64,000 nucleotides of DNA from Clostridia bacterium (GTDB lineage: Bacteria; Bacillota; Clostridia; Saccharofermentanales; Saccharofermentanaceae): assembly GCA_016281535.1 (NCBI GenBank), contig JAEEIT010000186.1, positions 3,514 to 67,513 of the forward strand, read 5' to 3'. The stretch's first letter is position 1; every line of letters begins with the position of its first letter. The translations under genes and the position numbers were made by a program. The notes beneath the pieces are model-generated. The model was not told the origin of the DNA, made no database searches, and saw nothing but the letters and a program-made list of their open reading frames with translations. Below, one piece after another: positions 27,608 through 35,027 of this stretch.

Positions 27608-29290
27608 ATGTCTGAGGAGAAAAAGACAAGAAAGAATAAGAAATGGATCGTGAAAGCGTTGATCGCTTTTCTGATCGTAATGGGGATCCTGACGTTCTTC
27701 TCGAATACCATTATGAACATGACCCTCACGCAGGTCAGCACGCAGCAGATCTACAGTGCGACACTAAGCTCGATCACAAGAGCACAGGGAACCGTGCGGA
27801 CGAATCAGGAGAAGAGTATTAAAGCTCCGGGTCAGATCACGATCGGTGAGATCGATACCTACCTTTATGCCTTTGTAGACGAGGGGCAGGTTCTGGCGAC
27901 GATCAGCCTTCCGGAAGAAAGAGAAGATCTGGAAACCGCGAAGAAGAATCTTGCTGATCTTGAGAAAGAGATGGAATACATTGAACGTAAGCCTTCGGAG
28001 GGCAGCGACTACTACGATCTGGAGATGGCAGTCGTCGATGCGGAGAAGGCAGTAGAGGATGCGGAGAAAACACTGGAAGCGGCCAGAAACAAGGATGACG
28101 CGATTGCAACTGTGAAAGATGAGATCGCCAATCTGCAGAGCGAAATCGCGCAGCTCGAGAAAGATAAGAATTCCCTTGAAGAGCAGAAATATAATGCAGA
28201 AGAGAAAAGGGACGGATTCCCGGATCAGATTGCCATGCTCCAGGAAGCACTGGATACAGCGAATGCGACGCTTCAAGCATGTATCACGGATCCGGCCGAT
28301 CCGGAGTTTTCCCAGGAAGCGATCGATTCAGCCAATCAGGCTGTGACCGATGCCCAGCAGGCACTCGACAATGCGAACCAGGAATATGAGAATGCGAAAT
28401 CAGCAGTGACAGAGATCGCCAATGCCATTATTGATAAGGATTCTGCTATCTCATCGAAGAATGATGAACTTACGACAAAACAGGGGGATCTTACCAATTA
28501 CGAAGCAATCACCACCGTGGAAGCTGCGGAACGCTCGCTTTCGGATGCGAAGCATAACCTGACTGTTGCAAGGAAGACTCTTTCCGATGCGAAGACCAAT
28601 GCCGGTATCAGCAATGACCAGAAGGAAGATGAATGGGAAGGCAAACTGAAGCAGAAGGAAGAGTATGAGAAAGAGATCAAACGTCTGGAAGAATACTATG
28701 CCGTCACGGAGATCACTGCGCCGATCTCCGGTATGGTTACGGCAGTCAACGTAACAAGAAACGCGGAATGCATGAAGGATGAAGTCATGTTCACGATTGC
28801 GGATCTGAATTCCGGATACTTTATCGAGTGCTCGATCGCGAAGAAGGATGCGGAAGGTATGCAGATCGGCTCCGAAGTCAAGACGGACTACTGTGACAGT
28901 GCTTTTGTAGAATCGATACGGCCGGACCCGATGGATCCTATGAATTCCAGTATCGTACGTATTACAGTGACCGGTGACTGGCTGACCCCTGGTGCGACGG
29001 TGGTCAACTGCACGATCTCGACCTCGAACCGCTCTTATGAGAATGTTGTACCGAAGGGTGCCGTCCAGCAGGATACAGAAGGATATTTCATCTATATCCT
29101 GGTTACGAAGAACAGCCCGCTCGGTGAACGTTACATCGCAAGAAAAGTGCCGGTAAAGGTCCTGGCGGAAGATGCAACATCCTGTGCGATCGAAGGCGCG
29201 GGAATCAGCTATGCGTACTGCATCGTACGTTCCGGAAAACCGATCACCAATGGTGAGCAGGTCCGTCTGGCACAAGGAGAAACCAACTAA
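27608..29290 (+). CDS. Membrane-fusion (HlyD/MacA-type periplasmic adaptor) protein with very long coiled coil
   Basis: An N-terminal TM. Split lipoyl-like halves (IKAPGQITIGEI...GQVLATISL and EITAPISGMVTAVNV...FTIADL) flank a heptad-rich E/K/A/L/Q insert of about 265 aa. A C-terminal beta-barrel domain is present. Confidence 0.8.
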   Translation: MSEEKKTRKNKKWIVKALIAFLIVMGILTFFSNTIMNMTLTQVSTQQIYSATLSSITRAQGTVRTNQEKSIKAPGQITIGEIDTYLYAFVDEGQVLATISLPEEREDLETAKKNLADLEKEMEYIERKPSEGSDYYDLEMAVVDAEKAVEDAEKTLEAARNKDDAIATVKDEIANLQSEIAQLEKDKNSLEEQKYNAEEKRDGFPDQIAMLQEALDTANATLQACITDPADPEFSQEAIDSANQAVTDAQQALDNANQEYENAKSAVTEIANAIIDKDSAISSKNDELTTKQGDLTNYEAITTVEAAERSLSDAKHNLTVARKTLSDAKTNAGISNDQKEDEWEGKLKQKEEYEKEIKRLEEYYAVTEITAPISGMVTAVNVTRNAECMKDEVMFTIADLNSGYFIECSIAKKDAEGMQIGSEVKTDYCDSAFVESIRPDPMDPMNSSIVRITVTGDWLTPGATVVNCTISTSNRSYENVVPKGAVQQDTEGYFIYILVTKNSPLGERYIARKVPVKVLAEDATSCAIEGAGISYAYCIVRSGKPITNGEQVRLAQGETN

Positions 29291-30528
29291 TGGAACTTGG
29301 TCAGAAGATTAAAAAGTTCATAAAGAGAAAATGGGGCGACATCTGCCGCAGATCCCACTACATCCTGATGGGGATCCCGTTTGTTCTGGTGATCGGAGGG
29401 ATCGTACTCTCTGTCGCCTCTGTTGTCCGGATCAATCAGGTGCTCGACGGACAGACGCTGCAGTATGCGGCAGAGCGTTTCGAGACGAAGTCTCATCCGT
29501 ACCGTCATCTGACCATACTGGGTCCGGGTGAGATCCAGGGTGATGGTTCTGCGCCGAGAAAGACGCCGGACGGTCTGGATATCGAGAAGGTCCAGCAGAT
29601 CCACGACGGATTGGATCTGATCGAAGCCTCAACGACCACGAAGGGATCCAAAGATCAGAAGAAATCCGACGCTGTCGTCAATCTCTGGAAAGACTGCTAT
29701 TCTGCCACCGCCACGTATTCGGCACAGGGTTATATGGACAAGACGCCGACGGGTTCGGTGGATAAGTGCGAAGTGGTGGGTGTAGGTGGAGACTACCATG
29801 TCGTTCACCCGTTCCGCTACGAAAGCGGCGGTTTCCTTCCGGATGAGAACGGAGTCGGTGACAGGTATTCGATCGTTCTGAATACCCAGCTGGCCTGGAA
29901 TCTCTTCCACTCCTACCAGATACTCGGCGCTTTTGTCGAGATACGCGGAACCACATATCAGGTGGTCGGTGTGGTGAATGAGGGATCGGATGCGATCGCA
30001 GAGACCACGGGAGTTACGCAGCCGCGTGCCTATATCCAGTTCTCGCAGCTGGCGCTTCTTGCTAACGATTCCCTTACTCCGTCTACTTCGCCGGAGATGG
30101 AAGGCTTCGTGAAGGTGGAGGATCTTGCGATCACGTGCTATGAGGCACTCCTTACCGATCCAATCAAAGAGATCGCATGTAATGACCTGGTACAGGCGCT
30201 GTCCGATAAAATCGGATATTCGGCAGACAGTTCTCCGCTTCTGATCATCAACAACACGGACCGGTTCAATGTGATCCGGCTGTGGAAGAAATACTTCCCG
30301 CTGAAGAATGCCTATCCGGGAGGAGACGGGATCCAGGTGCCATACTACGAACGTTCTGCCCGTGTGGCTGAACAGTATGTGGTCTTCTGGGCAGAGGCTC
30401 TGATATGCGGGATCGTCCTGATCCTTGCCGGTATGTGCAATATCTATGCGATCTTCCATGGACGGCATACGAAGCATGAACTGGAAGAAGAACTGGATGA
30501 TGACAATGACATCAGTTACCTGGACTAG
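29290..30528 (+). CDS. MacB-periplasmic-core-domain (MacB_PCD)-like protein with only two TM helices (no FtsX bundle)
   Basis: TM1 is YILMGIPFVLVIGGIVLSVASVV. The PCD signature is VVGVGGDYHVVHPFRYESGGFLPDE...YSIVLNTQLAWNLF...LGAFVEIRGTTYQVVGVVNE. A single C-terminal TM (VVFWAEALICGIVLILAGMCNIYAIF) and an acidic tail follow. A TAATG overlap links it to the adaptor gene. Confidence 0.7.
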   Translation: MELGQKIKKFIKRKWGDICRRSHYILMGIPFVLVIGGIVLSVASVVRINQVLDGQTLQYAAERFETKSHPYRHLTILGPGEIQGDGSAPRKTPDGLDIEKVQQIHDGLDLIEASTTTKGSKDQKKSDAVVNLWKDCYSATATYSAQGYMDKTPTGSVDKCEVVGVGGDYHVVHPFRYESGGFLPDENGVGDRYSIVLNTQLAWNLFHSYQILGAFVEIRGTTYQVVGVVNEGSDAIAETTGVTQPRAYIQFSQLALLANDSLTPSTSPEMEGFVKVEDLAITCYEALLTDPIKEIACNDLVQALSDKIGYSADSSPLLIINNTDRFNVIRLWKKYFPLKNAYPGGDGIQVPYYERSARVAEQYVVFWAEALICGIVLILAGMCNIYAIFHGRHTKHELEEELDDDNDISYLD

Positions 30529-31606
30529 AAAGAGACATAGCCATAACGAGCTCCTAGTCAAGCCCGTACTCTCCATTAGCCACCGGAGAGGACGGGCTTT
30601 TGCCGTTTCATGTATTCTTGCGTTTACGATGCTGTGCGGACTTGTGTCCGGCTGCCGGCCGAAAACCGAGAAAGAGACCAGGACGATCCTGGCTCTGGAT
30701 ACCTATGTGACGATCACGGCAGAAGGACGAGACGCCATAAAGGCAGTGGCAGACGCTTCTTCGTACATCATGGAAATGGAAGAAAAGTTCTCCAGAAAGA
30801 AGAAAGAAAGTGAGATCTCGAAGCTAAATGCCTCCTCGGAGAGTGCTCCGGTAGAATTGTCTCCGGAGACGTATGCGGTCCTGGAGACGGCGATCTTGTA
30901 TTCGGAGAAGACACAGGGCCTCTTCGATCCGACGATCGCACCGGTCATGGACCTGTGGGGCTTCGGCACGGATCCGCATGTGCCGGAAGGAAAGGAAATC
31001 GAGAAGACGCTGGAACAGGTCGATTACAGGAAGGTGCATCTGATTTCCGGGAACCGGGCGTATGTGGATGAGGGCACGCAAGTGGACCTGGGCGGTGCCG
31101 CCAAGGGCGCGATCGCGGCCGAACTGATGAAACGGGTGCGCGGATATTCGGTCACGAAGGTGATACTGGACCTCGGAGGAAATGTCTGTGCCTGGTCGAA
31201 ATCCGGGACGCTCAACATCGGAATCGTTTCCCCGTCGGAGCCGTCAGATCTCTGCTGTATCTACACTCTTTCGAAGGACCGGGAAATGTCCGTGATCACC
31301 AGTGGTGCCTATGAACGGTACTTCGAAGAGGCAGGGGTGAGGTACGGGCACATCATGGACCCGGAAACCGGACGCCCGGTCAAGACGGATATCCTGTCCG
31401 CAACGGTAATTGGTCAGGACGGGACGGTCGGAGATATACTGTCGACGGTGCTCTTTGCCTACGGGAGCGAAAGAGCCAGAGACTTCGCCATCGCTGAGGG
31501 GATCGATTGCATCCTGTGCGTAGATAATGGTACATTATGGGTATCTTCATCGCTTAAGGGGAAGGTCGATGCGCAGAAAGGATGGACAATCGAATACTTC
31601 GGCTAG
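30497..31606 (+). CDS. apbE: FAD:protein FMN transferase (ApbE family) lipoprotein
   Basis: DPTIAPVMDLWGF, GGAAKGAIAAEL, LDLGGNV and ITSGAYERYF...YGHIMDPETGRP. The lipobox is LCGLVSGC. The start is uncertain (ATGs at 30497, 30500 and 30506); all overlap the upstream gene. Confidence 0.85.
   Translation: MMTMTSVTWTRKRHSHNELLVKPVLSISHRRGRAFAVSCILAFTMLCGLVSGCRPKTEKETRTILALDTYVTITAEGRDAIKAVADASSYIMEMEEKFSRKKKESEISKLNASSESAPVELSPETYAVLETAILYSEKTQGLFDPTIAPVMDLWGFGTDPHVPEGKEIEKTLEQVDYRKVHLISGNRAYVDEGTQVDLGGAAKGAIAAELMKRVRGYSVTKVILDLGGNVCAWSKSGTLNIGIVSPSEPSDLCCIYTLSKDREMSVITSGAYERYFEEAGVRYGHIMDPETGRPVKTDILSATVIGQDGTVGDILSTVLFAYGSERARDFAIAEGIDCILCVDNGTLWVSSSLKGKVDAQKGWTIEYFG
30560..30601 (+). terminator. 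Terminator-like hairpin 32 nt after the PCD-gene stop, inside the apbE 5' coding region
   Basis: AAGCCCGTACTCTCC (30560-30574), a 10-nt loop, then GGAGAGGACGGGCTT (30585-30599). That gives 14 bp with one A/G mismatch, followed by TTGCCGTTTC. Confidence 0.5.
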
Positions 31607-32060
31607 CGCGGGCGCCCGTGGAGGGAAGACACGCCCGGACCGGGACCTTCCGGCGCGCCGTTTCCGTTTCCTGCCAGGCGATGCGGTGGTCATCGGTGCG
31701 GTGGCGGTGGTCTGCGTGATACTGCTTCTGGTTACGTGGATCTATGGGAAGTCGGTAGAAAACCGGGGCAGAGTCGTCCGCATTACGCAGGATGGAAATG
31801 TCATTCTGGAACGGAACATGGCTGATTTTTCCGAGCCGACGGAATATCGGATCACCTCGGATTCCGGGGAAATGGTGATCCTTCTCTCCTCTGATAAAGT
31901 ATATGTGAAGGACAGCAGCTGTCCGGATAAGATCTGTATGCATGTGGGTGAACTGAAGAAAAGCGGTGATGGTGCGGTGTGCCTGCCGAACCGTGTCGTG
32001 GTCCAGATCGTCTCTTCCGGGACCGAAGAGGATCAGGAAGTGGATGTGGTGGCAAAATGA
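31569..32060 (+). CDS. NusG domain II-containing membrane protein
   Basis: An N-terminal TM, then ...KVYVKDSSCPDKICMHVGELKKSGDGAVCLPNRVVVQIV, the CPD..C...G.....CLPN signature of NusG_II (DUF1312) proteins. The start is uncertain and overlaps the apbE end. Confidence 0.75.
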   Translation: MRRKDGQSNTSASAGARGGKTRPDRDLPARRFRFLPGDAVVIGAVAVVCVILLLVTWIYGKSVENRGRVVRITQDGNVILERNMADFSEPTEYRITSDSGEMVILLSSDKVYVKDSSCPDKICMHVGELKKSGDGAVCLPNRVVVQIVSSGTEEDQEVDVVAK

Positions 32061-32581
32061 GAGGGTCACGTACAGCGTATGACATAGCGAAGACGGCGAT
32101 GCTTCTCGCACTGGCGCTGGTGCTGAGTATCCTCGAGGCCTGGCTTCTTCCCCGGGGGATCCTTCCGATACCGGGTTTTAAGCTGGGACTTGCGAATATC
32201 GCGATCCTGGTGACACTCTACAGTGTGGGAAGAAAAGAGGCGCTGATGGTCGCACTTCTCCGGTCGCTCCTGCTTCTGGCCTTCGGGGGAAATATCGTGG
32301 GATGCATCTTCTCGCTTATGGGCGGGCTGGCTGCGTGGGGGACGATGTGTCTGCTGTCCGATATGAAGAAGGTCTCGATCTTCGGTGTCAGTATCGGCGG
32401 TGCGGCAAGTCATGGCGTGGGACAGATCGTGGCCGCGCTTCTGGTGACACGCACGCTCTATGTCGTCGTGTACCTTCCATATCTGGTGCTGGCGGGGTCA
32501 TTCGCCGGTGCGCTTATCGCTTATCTTACGATTCCCGTGGTAAAAGCACTCGACCACATAGGAAATGAAATGATACAATAA
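32057..32581 (+). CDS. Gx transporter family protein (heptaprenyl-diphosphate-synthase-component-I-like, PF07456 type)
   Basis: A five-TM, 174-aa protein with GFKLGLANIAILVTLY and FGVSIGGAASHGVGQIV. An ATGA overlap links it to the NusG_II gene. Confidence 0.7.
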   Translation: MRGSRTAYDIAKTAMLLALALVLSILEAWLLPRGILPIPGFKLGLANIAILVTLYSVGRKEALMVALLRSLLLLAFGGNIVGCIFSLMGGLAAWGTMCLLSDMKKVSIFGVSIGGAASHGVGQIVAALLVTRTLYVVVYLPYLVLAGSFAGALIAYLTIPVVKALDHIGNEMIQ

Positions 32582-32654
32582 ATCTATGTACGAGGTCTTC
32601 TTCCGGGTAAGGAAGTTGGAGAACTCGAAGATTCGGGGAAAGCGGGTAGGAAAT

Positions 32655-33521
32655 ATGAGAAAGAATGAAAGTCCGTTCTGGCCGCAGAAAAGTATACTGA
32701 ATCCGGCGCCGCCGAAGGAACCCTATGAACCGGTGCGCCGTGTGCGTACGACGCTTAAGAGAGAAGAGCAGAGGATGCTGGACCGTATGATCGGTAAAGA
32801 GTATCACGTGCCGGTCTCGATCCTGATGGAGCATGCGGGACTTGCCGTTGCCGATACCTGTGTGTCTGTGGCAAGGGCGCTGACGACACCTATCCATTTC
32901 TTCGCGGGTAAGGGCATGAATGGCGGCGATTCCTACGTGGCGGCAAGGATCCTGAAATCCAGAGGATACCAGGTAACGATCTGGGACTGTTTCCCGGGGA
33001 CGGAGCATTCTCCTGTAGTGAAGAATAACCGTGAGGCGGCAGAGTGCTTCGGCATTCCGATCCGTCCGGCATCCGAGTTCGATCCGGCGATCTGGCAGGC
33101 CGGGATCTCGCGCATGATCTATGAGAAAGAACCGGGTATGCCGTGTGTTCTGGTAGATGGCATCATCGGCACAGGATATGAATTCGCAAGACCGCTTCCG
33201 CCGAATCTTACGGAGATCACGGCGAAGATCGAGGAGGGACACAGCCGTGGGGCACGTGTCATCGCGATCGATATCCCGACGGGCGTGGACTGTGATACAG
33301 GGGAGGCCGATCCGGGCGCGATCAGCGCCGATCTGACGCTGTCCTTCATCCTTCCGAAGAAGGGCATCACGATCCTTCCCGGTAAGCAGAAGGCCGGTGC
33401 GGTCAGGGTGCCGACCATCGGGCTTCCCATCAATATCGCGGACCTGATCCTCGGACCGGTTCCGGAAGAGCCGGAGGAGGACGAAGAGGAAGAAGAAACC
33501 CAGGACGAGACGAAGGCATAA
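32655..33521 (+). CDS. NAD(P)H-hydrate epimerase (YjeF N-terminal domain only) with acidic tail
   Basis: ILMEHAGLAVAD..., FAGKGMNGGDSYVAARILKSRGYQV and DGIIGTGY. The C-terminus is PEEPEEDEEEEETQDE. The ORF is open from 32586. I chose ATG 32655 as the likelier start, with low certainty. Confidence 0.7.
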   Translation: MRKNESPFWPQKSILNPAPPKEPYEPVRRVRTTLKREEQRMLDRMIGKEYHVPVSILMEHAGLAVADTCVSVARALTTPIHFFAGKGMNGGDSYVAARILKSRGYQVTIWDCFPGTEHSPVVKNNREAAECFGIPIRPASEFDPAIWQAGISRMIYEKEPGMPCVLVDGIIGTGYEFARPLPPNLTEITAKIEEGHSRGARVIAIDIPTGVDCDTGEADPGAISADLTLSFILPKKGITILPGKQKAGAVRVPTIGLPINIADLILGPVPEEPEEDEEEEETQDETKA

Positions 33522-33600
33522 AGGAAGCAAGTGCTTTTGCCATGGGAAAATCTTGACAACCTCTCTTATATAGAGTATAAAAATGGACGGTATTGACAAT

Positions 33601-33639
33601 GGTGTCTTGAAGATGTACTCAGGACACCTTTGTTTTTGA
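33601..33639 (+). terminator. Weak hairpin plus T-tract between the yjeF_N-like gene and purA
   Basis: GGTGTC (33601-33606), a 16-nt loop, GACACC (33623-33628), then TTTGTTTTT. It could terminate the upstream unit or attenuate purA. Confidence 0.35.
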
Positions 33640-33672
33640 AGAATTTGAATACATAAGTGGGAGGCAAACACT

Positions 33673-34950
33673 ATGGGAAACTGCGCAATCGTGGGCATTA
33701 ACTGGGGTGATGAGGGCAAAGGCCGTATGGTCGATCTGCTTACTGAAGACTACGATGTGGTCGTGCGATTTCAGGGTGGCGGCAATGCCGGACATACTGT
33801 CATCAACGAGAAGGGTAAGTTCGCGCTTCATCTGCTGCCGTCGGGCATTTTCCGTGACGGTGTGGTGAATATCCTCGGTAACGGCGTGGCTCTTGACCCG
33901 GAGAACCTCGTGAAAGAGATGAACGATGTGAAGGCTCAGGGTGTGGATCTGACACCGGAGAACCTGAAGATCTCCGACCGTGCGTCCCTCCTGCTTCCCT
34001 GGCATAGAGATCTGGACGAACTGGAAGAGCAGCGCCTGGCCGATAAGAAATTCGGCTCGACCAAGCAGGGTATCGCGCCTTTCTATTCGGACAAGTATCA
34101 GAAGAAGACGATCCTCGCCGGTGAACTGAACTACCGTGAACACCTGCTGGCGCATCTTGCGGACCTGATGGAGTGGAAGAACCTGACCCTTCAGAAAGTA
34201 TACGGGGCTAAGCCCTACACGATGGAGATGCTGGAGGCATGGCTGGACGATGCATGCGAGAAGATCCGTCCGCACATCTGTGATACAGGCGCTTGGCTGG
34301 CAGATGCTGCGAAGGCAGGAAAGTCTATCCTCTTCGAAGCACAGCTCGGATCACTCCGTGACCTCGATTACGGTATCCACCCGTATACTACTTCTTCGAA
34401 CACCATGGCGGCATATGCTCCGATCGGCTCCGGATTCCCGGGCGCGAAGATCGATTCGGTCGTGGGTGTCGTAAAGGCATATTCCACCTGTGTCGGTGAG
34501 GGTCCGTTCGTATGCGAGATGTTCGGCGACGAAGCGGAAGAACTGAGAAAAGCCGGCTTCGAGTACGGCGCGAAGACCGGAAGACCGCGTCGTGTAGGTC
34601 CTCTGGATATCGTGGCTACACGGTATGGTGTCGAGGTACAGGCAGCGACTGAAATCGCCCTGACGAAGCTGGATGTTCTGAGTTACATGGATAAGATCCC
34701 GGTATGCACACAGTACGAACTGAACGGCGAGAGAATCGACCGTTTCCCGTTCCCGGTAGCCTTAAATGACTGCAAACCGGTCATCGAGTACTTCGAAGGC
34801 TGGAAGACGGATATCAGCGGCGCGAGAAAGTGGGAAGATCTGCCGAAGACCGCGCAGGATTACGTACTTGCTGTTGAGAAGGCGATCGGATGCCCGATCA
34901 CGTACGTATCGGTGGGTGCCGAAAGAGAGAGCATCATCATCAGAAAATAA
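33673..34950 (+). CDS. purA: Adenylosuccinate synthase
   Basis: The N-terminal VGINWGDEGKGRMVD P-loop and GGGNAGHTV. The 425-aa length is typical of PurA. Confidence 0.95.
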   Translation: MGNCAIVGINWGDEGKGRMVDLLTEDYDVVVRFQGGGNAGHTVINEKGKFALHLLPSGIFRDGVVNILGNGVALDPENLVKEMNDVKAQGVDLTPENLKISDRASLLLPWHRDLDELEEQRLADKKFGSTKQGIAPFYSDKYQKKTILAGELNYREHLLAHLADLMEWKNLTLQKVYGAKPYTMEMLEAWLDDACEKIRPHICDTGAWLADAAKAGKSILFEAQLGSLRDLDYGIHPYTTSSNTMAAYAPIGSGFPGAKIDSVVGVVKAYSTCVGEGPFVCEMFGDEAEELRKAGFEYGAKTGRPRRVGPLDIVATRYGVEVQAATEIALTKLDVLSYMDKIPVCTQYELNGERIDRFPFPVALNDCKPVIEYFEGWKTDISGARKWEDLPKTAQDYVLAVEKAIGCPITYVSVGAERESIIIRK

Positions 34951-34954
34951 CTTG

Positions 34955-34980
34955 CGGGCGCGATCATGCGCCCGTTTCCG
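34955..34980 (+). terminator. Intrinsic terminator after purA
   Basis: CGGGCGC-GATCAT-GCGCCCG (34955-34974) followed by TTTCCG. Confidence 0.5.
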
Positions 34981-35027
34981 TATTCAGACGCCATAGTCCG
35001 GTGGATACGGAGGAAAGGTGAAGAAAC

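Noticed and set aside
33553-33640. A possible purine riboswitch or attenuator in the purA leader.
   Set aside because: The leader is too short and lacks the purine-aptamer three-way-junction sequences. Only a weak 6-bp hairpin with a T-tract is present, which I listed as a low-confidence terminator.
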